64,000 nt of DNA from Candidatus Parcubacteria bacterium (lineage in GTDB: Bacteria > Patescibacteriota > Minisyncoccia > UBA6257 > HR35), in contig BPJI01000001.1 in the NCBI GenBank assembly GCA_026004535.1, positions 15,915-79,914 on the forward strand, in the 5' to 3' direction. Position numbers and translations under genes: made by a program. The notes beneath the pieces are model-generated. The model made no database searches and had not been told where the DNA came from. It saw nothing but the letters and a program-made list of their open reading frames with translations. Positions 56,662 through 64,000 of the stretch are shown piece after piece (position 1 is the stretch's first letter; each line of letters starts with the position of its first letter).

Positions 56662-58466
56662 TTAACATTCCAAAAATACCGTTTCTAAAACAAAACCAGA
56701 AAGCAAAGATTCCTATACCTCAAGAATTAACTGCTTTTGAAAAGGTGAAAGAATTAATTGCTCCTCCAGGAGCAGAATTTGCTACTGATTACTTTCAAAT
56801 AGGCAATATTTTTGGCCGAACATTTCTTGTCATAGATTACCCTTCTTATCTTTTTTCTGGTTGGTTAGAAAAAATAATTAATTTAGACGAGGCCTTCAAT
56901 TTAAGTTTATATTTTTACCCTCTAGAAACAGGAGCGGTTTTAAAACAACTAGAAAAACAACTGGCAAGAATATCCGTACAAATACTTGAACGTGAAGAGG
57001 CAGGTAAAGTTAGATCACCTGAATTGGAAGCGGCTTACAAAAATGTTGAAGAATTAAGAGATTTACTAGCTCAGGCTGAAGAAAGAATGCTCAAGGTTGG
57101 ACTTTATTTAACAATCTTTGCCAGTGACAAAAAAGAACTTGACCAAAAATCAATAAAAATTTCAAAAATCTTAGAAAGCATTTTGGTAACAGTCAAGCCA
57201 ATTATGTTTCTTCAAAAAGAAGCATTTATCTCAACTTTACCTTTAGGCTTAGATGAGATAAAAACTAACTATCATTTAAATTCCTCAACCGCCTCTTCGT
57301 TTTTCCCTTTCATTTCTTCGGAATTAGTTGATGAATCAGGAATTTTTTTTGGTATCAATCTTCAAAATGCTGGTTTTGTTATTTTAGATCGCTGGAAATA
57401 TGAAAACCCTCATTTAATCATTTTAGCTCGCTCAGGGTCTGGGAAATCTTACACAGCCAAATTAGAAGTAATGAGAAATCTAATGATAGGAACAGACGTT
57501 TTAATTTTAGATCCTGAAAACGAATATCAAAGTATTACTGATCTTTATGGTGGCTCTTTTATTCCTCTGTCTTTAAAAGCTGACAATACATTTAACCCCT
57601 TTGATTTGCCCCCTGTTTTACCCAACGAAGAACCGATTGATATTTATAAGGAACATATTGCTGATTTAATTATTTTTTGCCAATTAATTATGAATGAAAA
57701 ATTATCATCCGAAGATTTGGCAATTTTAGATCAAGCAATTAATCAAACCTATGCTTCATTTAACATCTTACCTCATCAAGATTTCTCTAAAATTGAAAGA
57801 TTTCCAACTTTAAACGATCTAGAAAAAATCTTAAATGGTCTTGTTGGTGGAAGTAAAATTGCAAGCAAACTCTATCCTTATACCCAAGGAAACTTCAGTG
57901 GCTTTGTTAATAAACCAACGACAGTTGAACTCAACAAAAGATTAATTGTTTTTGGTTTTAAAGATCTACCTGAAATTTTAAAACCAATTGGAATGTTTGT
58001 TGTTTTAAACTATATCTTAAACAGGGTCAGACGAGAAATGAAAAAAAGACTAGTGATCATTGATGAGGCTTGGTGGATAATGAGACAAGAAATTGGGGCT
58101 GAATTTTTGTTAAATGTTGTTAAACGAGGAAGAAAATATAATTTAGCTGTAACCAATATCACTCAAGACGTTGAGGATTTTCTTAATTCTCCTTATGGTC
58201 GACCAATTATTACCAATTCAGCTATTGTTTTTTTAATGAAACAATCAACAGCAACGATTGATCTTTGTGGTCAAACTTTTGCTTTATCTGAAGGCGAAAA
58301 GCAGTTTTTACTTCAAGCTGAAAGAGGGCAAGGTTTAATTTTAGTCGGCCAAAAAAAAGCGCCTGTTTATGTTTTAGCCTCCTATGCTGAAGATCAAATT
58401 ATTCGAACCAGACCCGAACAATTAATTGCCTTAAGAAAAGCCAAAGAGGCCTTAATGAAAAAATGA
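56658..58466 (+). CDS. VirB4-like type IV secretion/conjugation ATPase (C-terminal ATPase domain).
   Basis: Walker A LARSGSGKSYT. Walker B RLVIIDEAWWIM. ITQDVEDF. Length 602 aa. Confidence 0.7.
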   Translation: MINIPKIPFLKQNQKAKIPIPQELTAFEKVKELIAPPGAEFATDYFQIGNIFGRTFLVIDYPSYLFSGWLEKIINLDEAFNLSLYFYPLETGAVLKQLEKQLARISVQILEREEAGKVRSPELEAAYKNVEELRDLLAQAEERMLKVGLYLTIFASDKKELDQKSIKISKILESILVTVKPIMFLQKEAFISTLPLGLDEIKTNYHLNSSTASSFFPFISSELVDESGIFFGINLQNAGFVILDRWKYENPHLIILARSGSGKSYTAKLEVMRNLMIGTDVLILDPENEYQSITDLYGGSFIPLSLKADNTFNPFDLPPVLPNEEPIDIYKEHIADLIIFCQLIMNEKLSSEDLAILDQAINQTYASFNILPHQDFSKIERFPTLNDLEKILNGLVGGSKIASKLYPYTQGNFSGFVNKPTTVELNKRLIVFGFKDLPEILKPIGMFVVLNYILNRVRREMKKRLVIIDEAWWIMRQEIGAEFLLNVVKRGRKYNLAVTNITQDVEDFLNSPYGRPIITNSAIVFLMKQSTATIDLCGQTFALSEGEKQFLLQAERGQGLILVGQKKAPVYVLASYAEDQIIRTRPEQLIALRKAKEALMKK

Positions 58467-59086
58467 AAAAAATATTTTTCTTAATTATAATTACTTCTTT
58501 ATTGACAATTAAAAATTTTGCCTTGGCTAAGGATAATATTTATATCAGTTTTAAAAAAACTGCTGCTGGCTTGGTTATAGGTAATGAAATCTTTGATCAT
58601 CAAACAAAAAAATTTTTAAATCCAACTGAATATATTTATGAATGGACAATCCCAGCTTTAGGAATAAATAAGCAAATAACATATTCAAATATTATTTTTA
58701 TTCCATTAGAAGGTAAAATATCTAATATATCTAATATTTTCCTAAATCTAAAAGTAACCAAAAAATTTTCTGATAGGGTGTTTTATTTTAATGAACTTAA
58801 AGTATCATTGCTAAAGCCAAAGGTAGTAATTGGCTTAAAACGAAATAATATTCTGATCCCCTTGATATCTAAACTAAAACCTGATGATATTTTAACCCTT
58901 ACAACTGAAGGTTTCTCTTCAACTAATTTAAATTACATCTGGACATTCAATGAAGCTTTTATTTCTAACGAAAAAGAGATATCAGTCAGTAATTTAGAAG
59001 AAAAAAATGGTATAATAAAAATTAAGGTCTTTGCCCCACTAACTGGTGAAAAAGCCGAAGATTCAGCGCCAATCCAAATTGAATAA
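58463..59086 (+). CDS. Secreted/lipoprotein-like hypothetical protein.
   Basis: Signal peptide. 207 aa, beta-rich. Confidence 0.35.
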   Translation: MKKIFFLIIITSLLTIKNFALAKDNIYISFKKTAAGLVIGNEIFDHQTKKFLNPTEYIYEWTIPALGINKQITYSNIIFIPLEGKISNISNIFLNLKVTKKFSDRVFYFNELKVSLLKPKVVIGLKRNNILIPLISKLKPDDILTLTTEGFSSTNLNYIWTFNEAFISNEKEISVSNLEEKNGIIKIKVFAPLTGEKAEDSAPIQIE

Positions 59087-59925
59087 TGCCAAAAATTAAG
59101 TCACCATCAGAATATATCCAATGTACTGATATTGCTTCTTGTTTTCAAGCAATTTATAATTTCTTCTTTGCTCTCTTGATTGCTTTAGCTTTTTTATATT
59201 TTCTTTGGGGTGCTATTCAATATTTAATTTCAGGTGCAAATATATATCCAAAAGAGGAGGGTAAAAAGAAAATGAAGGATTCTATTATTGCTGTAATTAT
59301 TGCTTTAAGTGTGCCAATTATTTTAAATATGATTAATCCTGATATTTTTAGAGCAGAATTAAGCATACCAATAGTTGAAGCCCGTCTTCCTGGCTACATA
59401 TCTGCCCCAGAAACACCGCCAGCAGATATTCTACCATCAGGACAAAAAGTAGTTGATGCTCAACCAAATTCAAATTTAATGAATAAATTGAGGGATATAA
59501 ACTATATAAAGTATCTTATTATTGACTGTGACGCTTTGAGAATGACAATTGTTGGGGTTAATAACGAAGGTCAAGAAATCCAAGTAGCTAATGATATTCC
59601 AATAAATACCGGGAAACGGATAAATGGGAAAAATTGTAATGAAAAAAATGTACCAAACAGTCATACTACTCCTAAAGGTTCGTTTAAAATTTCAGGTAAA
59701 AGATATAATCCTAATGGTCTTGTATCATTAGAATCTGGAGCTTCTCTGGGCACCAGGGCTCTGGTATATCATCAACAACGCGGACTTCTTATTCATGGTA
59801 GCGCAACAGAAGAAAAAAATAGGAGTTTTCCGGAAACTTGGGGCTGTATTAGAATGAAAAATGAAGATTTAGCTGCTATATTTGACAAGGTAAGAGTAGG
59901 TACAACTATATTGAAAATTAAATAA
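59086..59925 (+). CDS. Pilin-like N-terminal membrane module fused to an L,D-transpeptidase (YkuD) catalytic domain.
   Basis: N-terminus ALLIALAFLYFLWGAIQYLISGANIYPKEEGKKKMKDSIIAVIIALSVPII carries the pilin-paralog motif. C-terminus LIHGSATEEKNRSFPETWGCIRMKNEDLAAIFD carries the YkuD H...GC(I)R motif. Confidence 0.55.
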   Translation: MPKIKSPSEYIQCTDIASCFQAIYNFFFALLIALAFLYFLWGAIQYLISGANIYPKEEGKKKMKDSIIAVIIALSVPIILNMINPDIFRAELSIPIVEARLPGYISAPETPPADILPSGQKVVDAQPNSNLMNKLRDINYIKYLIIDCDALRMTIVGVNNEGQEIQVANDIPINTGKRINGKNCNEKNVPNSHTTPKGSFKISGKRYNPNGLVSLESGASLGTRALVYHQQRGLLIHGSATEEKNRSFPETWGCIRMKNEDLAAIFDKVRVGTTILKIK

Positions 59926-59951
59926 TCAAAGAATATCAAAATTATTAAAAA

Positions 59952-61052
59952 ATGAAAAAAAGAGTTATTATTGGGATAATTATATTATTGATTGTGGCTT
60001 TAATAGTTATTTTAGGTTATTTTAGAAGTAAATCAGCAAAAGAAAAAGCAGAATCGCCTGGAGTTATTGAAGTAGAACAACCACCACAATCATTACCTCT
60101 GCCTATTAATCAAATAACATCCTCAATTCCATCAATACCTACCTTACCGACAGCAACAACAGAACCAACAAAAACTTATCAATTACTTTTCAATCAATCT
60201 TTTATTTATCTTGATTTAGATTATCCTCTGCTTTATGTTTACGATCCTCAACAAGAAATTATTAAATATCTAAGTTTAGAAGATGAAACCTATAGAGAAA
60301 TAGCAAAAATACCTAACCTAAAACAAGGTTGGCTATCTGAAGATAAAACAAAAATTGTTATTGAAACTAATAATGGCTTCTCTTTGATAGATATAAAAGC
60401 TGATAAACTAGATACTCTGCCAATATTCACTCAAAAAGTCGTTTTAAATAAAAATATTATTCTATATTTAAGTAATGATAAAGATATTTCTTATATAGCT
60501 TACTTTAATGATAAAACTGGGGATGTTAAAAAAATTAGAAACTTAGGTATTTTAAACCCTGATTTTGCTATTTTAAAAAACGGTATTTTGATCTATGAAC
60601 AAAATAGTCCGGTCTTATTCTTAGATTTCAAAAATCAAGCTGATCTTAGTCTATTTTTAGATATACAAACTGCAACCATTATACCTAATAAAAATAAAGA
60701 TTTGATTTTTATGAGTTTTAAAAAAAATGATATATGGCAAAGTCAAATTATCGATATAAATAAAAAACTGATTTACTCTTTTTCTTGGGCAGCCATTAAA
60801 GACAAATGTACTTTTGATGAAATTTTAGTTTGTGCCCTGACAAGCAATTTTAATGATTCAAGTCCTTCAGATTGGTATTCTAATAAAACGAGTGTTGACG
60901 ATAAAATAGTTATTTATTATCCTCAAAATAATAAACTCGAAGAAATTCAATTAGAAGGAAAATTTGATTTTGTTAGACCAAAATTAACTCCCTTAGGTAT
61001 TATTGCCTGGAATCGTCTAGATGCTAAGTTTTATTTATTGAAGATCGAGTGA
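59952..61052 (+). CDS. Membrane-anchored extracytoplasmic hypothetical protein.
   Basis: N-terminal TM, a P/T/S linker, then a 300 aa beta-rich domain. Confidence 0.35.
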   Translation: MKKRVIIGIIILLIVALIVILGYFRSKSAKEKAESPGVIEVEQPPQSLPLPINQITSSIPSIPTLPTATTEPTKTYQLLFNQSFIYLDLDYPLLYVYDPQQEIIKYLSLEDETYREIAKIPNLKQGWLSEDKTKIVIETNNGFSLIDIKADKLDTLPIFTQKVVLNKNIILYLSNDKDISYIAYFNDKTGDVKKIRNLGILNPDFAILKNGILIYEQNSPVLFLDFKNQADLSLFLDIQTATIIPNKNKDLIFMSFKKNDIWQSQIIDINKKLIYSFSWAAIKDKCTFDEILVCALTSNFNDSSPSDWYSNKTSVDDKIVIYYPQNNKLEEIQLEGKFDFVRPKLTPLGIIAWNRLDAKFYLLKIE

Positions 61053-61641
61053 ATTTGATAAAAAGAGGTCTTTCTAAAAAAGCTAAAATAATGTTAGTTA
61101 ACCAATAAAGACTAAAAAGTGCTGGGAGTTGAAATAAAACCAAGCTTATTAAACCAAAGAAAAATAAAGATATTTTTCTTTGTTCTTGAGGTAATTGGAA
61201 CAAACTTAAAGCTTGTAAAACAAGAATAGCCAGAACAAGAAAAATATTTCTTTGAGTTAAATCAATTAAACCCAAAAAAGAAAGATTGAGCCCAGATGTT
61301 TTTAGAAGAAGATCGAGGGCTAAAAAAATAATTATAAAAATTGGCAAAGATAAAAACTGAATAAAAATTGTAAAAAATGGATTATAGTTTTCTTGTTGAT
61401 AAATTTTTGTTAATTCCTCAGCTTGTTTTTGAAAATCATTTTTATATTTTTTTAAGACCTCATTGATTTTAGGTCTTAATCTTTTCATTTTTTCCCCTTC
61501 TAAAAAAACTAAATATTCAATTGGCAAAATAACAACTTTTAAAATCAAGGTGAAAACAATGATTGTTAAACCAAAATCCTGGATAAAATTATTTAACCAG
61601 AAAATAAAACCTAATAAACTTTGGCCCAAAAATTTAAACAT
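61024..61641 (-). CDS. yidC: Membrane protein insertase YidC (short form).
   Basis: GLTIIVFTLILKVVILPI...MKRLRPKINEVLKKYKND...ELTKIYQQENYNPF matches the YidC/Oxa1 core. Confidence 0.7.
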   Translation of the reverse strand: MFKFLGQSLLGFIFWLNNFIQDFGLTIIVFTLILKVVILPIEYLVFLEGEKMKRLRPKINEVLKKYKNDFQKQAEELTKIYQQENYNPFFTIFIQFLSLPIFIIIFLALDLLLKTSGLNLSFLGLIDLTQRNIFLVLAILVLQALSLFQLPQEQRKISLFFFGLISLVLFQLPALFSLYWLTNIILAFLERPLFIKFTRSSINKT

Positions 61642-61957
61642 TAATCAAAATTCTTATTAAAGATTCTTTCAATTTTAAAAAATCGACATCTTTTCTAAGA
61701 ATAATAAAAAAATCATAGTTTTTAGTTTTTTTCTTTTTTAGAAACTCTCTAATTATAGCATAAACTCTTCGGCGCGCTTTATTTCTTTGAACTGCTTTTT
61801 TAAAAACTTCTTTTTGGGGTAAAATGGCAAAACGAGGATGATTGAGATTGTTTTTTTGAAAATAAACTAAAAAAATATCATTCGAAATTTTTTGGTAAGA
61901 GCGAGAAAAGAAATTTTTTATTTCTTCACCTTTCAGACGATATTTTTTTTTAAGCAT
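61634..61957 (-). CDS. rnpA: RNase P protein component.
   Basis: Basic 107 aa. KKAVQRNKARRRVYAIIRE matches the RnpA RNR motif. It lies in the rpmH-rnpA-yidC order. Confidence 0.65.
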   Translation of the reverse strand: MLKKKYRLKGEEIKNFFSRSYQKISNDIFLVYFQKNNLNHPRFAILPQKEVFKKAVQRNKARRRVYAIIREFLKKKKTKNYDFFIILRKDVDFLKLKESLIRILINV

Positions 61958-61960
61958 TAA

Positions 61961-62077
61961 TTAAACAGTTAATTTCTTTCTTCCCTTCCTTCTTCGTCTT
62001 TGCAAAATCTTTCTTCCTGCTTTTGTCCCTTTTCTGGCTAAAAATCCAGAAGTTCTTTTTTGTTTTAACTTTGTCAT
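61961..62077 (-). CDS. rpmH: Ribosomal protein L34. It is not in the six-frame track, which shows a spurious 69 aa ORF in another frame.
   Basis: Translated by hand: [38 protein letters not shown]. Confidence 0.8.
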   Translation of the reverse strand: MTKLKQKRTSGFLARKGTKAGRKILQRRRRKGRKKLTV

Positions 62078-62081
62078 TTGG

Positions 62082-62152
62082 CTGCGGGGCTTGGATTCGA
62101 ACCAAGACTAACGGCTCCAAAGGCCGCTGTGCTGCCATTACACCACCCCGCA
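62082..62152 (-). tRNA. tRNA-Gln (anticodon TTG).
   Basis: Reverse complement tgcggggtggtgtaatggcagcacagcggcctttggagccg..., anticodon loop ctTTGga, U1:A72. Confidence 0.7.
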
Positions 62153-62160
62153 AATACAAA

Positions 62161-62488
62161 ATATCTACCCGGATGATTACCGGATAATATATACCCGGAT
62201 AACTAACCGGATATATATTTACCCGGACTATTACCAGATTATTTTACCCGGATAAACACCGGATAAAAATATCTACCCGGATGATTACCGGAATAGATTA
62301 CCCGGATAGCCACCCGGATTGTTTTAACCGGATGAGTACCGGATAAAAAATATTTTATAAATCACCCGGTTTATATCTGGGTAGTATATCCGGTCTATAT
62401 CCGGGTAATATTATCCGGTTCACATCCGGGTATTTATATCCGGTCTAAATCCGGGTAGAAAATATTTTTCAGCTGCTGTCTGCGTTAT
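62161..62488. repeat. Phased CCGGATA/TATCCGG array e. It is a near-identical inverted copy of array d, including the cagctg flank.
   Basis: The reverse complement of 62161-62488 aligns end-to-end with 32216-32572 with only a few mismatches. Confidence 0.8.
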
Positions 62489-62494
62489 ATAATT

Positions 62495-63586
62495 TTATTT
62501 TACCTCAAAATACTCTAATAATGCAAGTTCTAATGGTAAAAGAAGTGACGGTGGCTCTCTTCTTAGATTCATTTCGGCTTCAAAAAAGAGTGAGCTTAAT
62601 TTTTTTAAATCATTAATTTTAAAATTCTCAGCTAATTTTTTCATTTTAGCTATTAACTCTTCAGATTTTTCTGTTTCTAAATGTTTAGCATAATTGGGTT
62701 GAAGTTTTAAGAAAATTAATTGCCGAATAGTTTTTAACAGTGATTTGATGAATAAATTGAGATCAAATCCCTGGGCATAAACATTAAAAATAAAATTCAG
62801 AGATTCTTCAATTTTCTTTTGGCTGATTAATTCTAAAAATTCTAAAATTTTAGTTGGACTTAAATGACCTAAAAATTCGGCCACTAATTCTTCCGAAAGC
62901 TCAAAATGAGGATTTAAACTTAAAACTATTTTTTCTAATAAAGTTTCAGCATCTCTTAATGATCCCCCAGCTTCTTCAGCAATTAAATATAAAGCTGGTT
63001 CTTGGTATTTAAATCCTTCTTTATCAGCAATTAATTTTAATTTAGTTACAATTTGAGGTAGACTAATCCGACGAAAATCTAATCTTTGAACTCGAGAATG
63101 AATTGTATTTAAAATCCGATCAGGTTCAGTTGTAGCTAAAATAAAAATAGCATGACTGGGTGGTTCCTCTAAAGTTTTAAGCAAAGCATTAGAAGCTTCT
63201 TCGGTTAATGAATGGGCTTCATCGATAATGAAAACTTTATATTTGCCCTGAATTGGTCTAAAACCAATATGTTCTTGAATATTTCTAATGTCTTCAATTT
63301 TTCGATGAGAAGCAGCATCTAATTCAATTAAATCCAGAAATTTATTTTCTTGAAATAATTGACAAATTCGACAATGACCACAAGGTTCAGATTCTTTTAA
63401 ATCTAAACAATTCAAAGCTTTGGCATAAATTCGAGCAACACTTGTTTTACCTGTACCCCTTTCGCCCGCAAATAAATAACCATGGGGTGGTCTTTCCCTT
63501 TTTAAAAAATTCTTTAAAATACGAACAACAACATCTTGACCAATAATTTCTTTGAAAAATTGAGGTCGATATTTGTGATAAAACAT
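62495..63586 (-). CDS. dnaX: DNA polymerase III subunit gamma/tau (short form).
   Basis: Walker A GERGTGKTS. Zn module CGHCRIC. Box VII and sensor motifs. Length 363 aa. Confidence 0.85.
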   Translation of the reverse strand: MFYHKYRPQFFKEIIGQDVVVRILKNFLKRERPPHGYLFAGERGTGKTSVARIYAKALNCLDLKESEPCGHCRICQLFQENKFLDLIELDAASHRKIEDIRNIQEHIGFRPIQGKYKVFIIDEAHSLTEEASNALLKTLEEPPSHAIFILATTEPDRILNTIHSRVQRLDFRRISLPQIVTKLKLIADKEGFKYQEPALYLIAEEAGGSLRDAETLLEKIVLSLNPHFELSEELVAEFLGHLSPTKILEFLELISQKKIEESLNFIFNVYAQGFDLNLFIKSLLKTIRQLIFLKLQPNYAKHLETEKSEELIAKMKKLAENFKINDLKKLSSLFFEAEMNLRREPPSLLLPLELALLEYFEVK

Positions 63587-64000
63587 TAAACTCCTTGTTT
63601 TTTTATTTTTTTAATTAATTCATTATCTTTTAATTTTTCTAGAGCCTTGATTTCAATTTGCCTAACTCTTTCTCGGGTAATACCAAAAATTTTACCAATG
63701 TCTTCTAAAGTATACATTGTTCCATCTTCTAAGCCATATCTCAAACTGATAACTTGTCTTTCCCTTGGGCTTAGGCTTTGAATTGCTTTTTTTAATTGTT
63801 CTCTCAAAATAGCTAAGGCGGCTGTTCTTTCTGGTGTCATTTCCGAAGTATCAGGTATTAATTCTTTTAGCAATGATTCGCCCTCGCCAATAGGTGTTTC
63901 CAAGGAAATTGTATCAGGTACATATTTTAAAAGTCTTTGAACTTTTTGCGGTGGCAAACCAACTTCAGCAGCCAATTCTTCAGGAGTTGGCTCGCGATCT
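63586..64000 (-). CDS. Sigma-70 family RNA polymerase sigma factor. Only the C-terminal regions 3-4 are in the window (5'-partial at the window edge).
   Basis: Region 4.2 helix-turn-helix YTLEDIGKIFGITRERVRQIEIKALEKLK. Region 3 LKELIPDTSEMTPE. Confidence 0.75.
   Translation of the reverse strand, partial: DREPTPEELAAEVGLPPQKVQRLLKYVPDTISLETPIGEGESLLKELIPDTSEMTPERTAALAILREQLKKAIQSLSPRERQVISLRYGLEDGTMYTLEDIGKIFGITRERVRQIEIKALEKLKDNELIKKIKKQGV

Noticed and set aside
61950-62159. 69 aa [21 protein letters not shown]... from the six-frame track.
   Set aside because: It overlaps tRNA-Gln and is in the wrong frame. The real gene there is rpmH (L34, 61961-62077), which I translated by hand.

Overview
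This is an AT-rich (roughly 30% GC) bacterial chromosomal segment with small, compact genes. It looks Patescibacteria/CPR-like, but that is inference, not a database result. Standard code 11 applies: rpoB, rpoC and rtcB are long ORFs with no in-frame TGA.

Housekeeping content:
- P-type ATPase, folD, glyQS, recO-like, ctpA, rplI, rplS.
- rtcB interrupted by two LAGLIDADG inteins.
- glyA, rpmA, rpoC, rpoB, rbfA, tyrS, ftsW/rodA-like, metG, gyrA, a four-S1-domain protein, ftsH, an M50 peptidase.
- yidC-rnpA-rpmH, dnaX, and the 3' end of a sigma-70 gene.
- Nine tRNAs and one tRNA fragment.

Non-standard content:
1. Five intergenic arrays of a phased 11-12 bp CCGGATA/TATCCGG unit with dyad symmetry. 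Two of them are near-identical inverted copies about 30 kb apart. Several have arm ends sitting 11-13 nt from gene starts.
2. A short palindromic element family inserted in-frame into the P-type ATPase (twice) and into glyA, with an intergenic copy upstream of gyrA.
3. A conserved ~130 nt element immediately 3' of two different tRNAs (Ser, Leu). Each copy ends in a duplicate of that tRNA's T-loop and acceptor 3' strand.
4. A ~6 kb island encoding a MoxR-like AAA+ ATPase, a small protein, a HExxH-peptidase/coiled-coil/VWA protein split at an A8 tract, and a coiled-coil 7-blade beta-propeller. The island is bounded by ~65 bp inverted repeats and ~35 bp direct repeats that duplicate the glyS 3' end.
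5. A family of five paralogous pilin-like small membrane proteins. A separate Gram-positive-type T4SS-like module: a PrgI-like protein, a two-ORF VirB4 ATPase, a VirB6-like protein, and an L,D-transpeptidase fused to a pilin-like N-terminus. No VirD4 or relaxase is present in the window.
6. A degraded pilin-LamG lectin gene in a GC-richer patch.

No CRISPR array was found.
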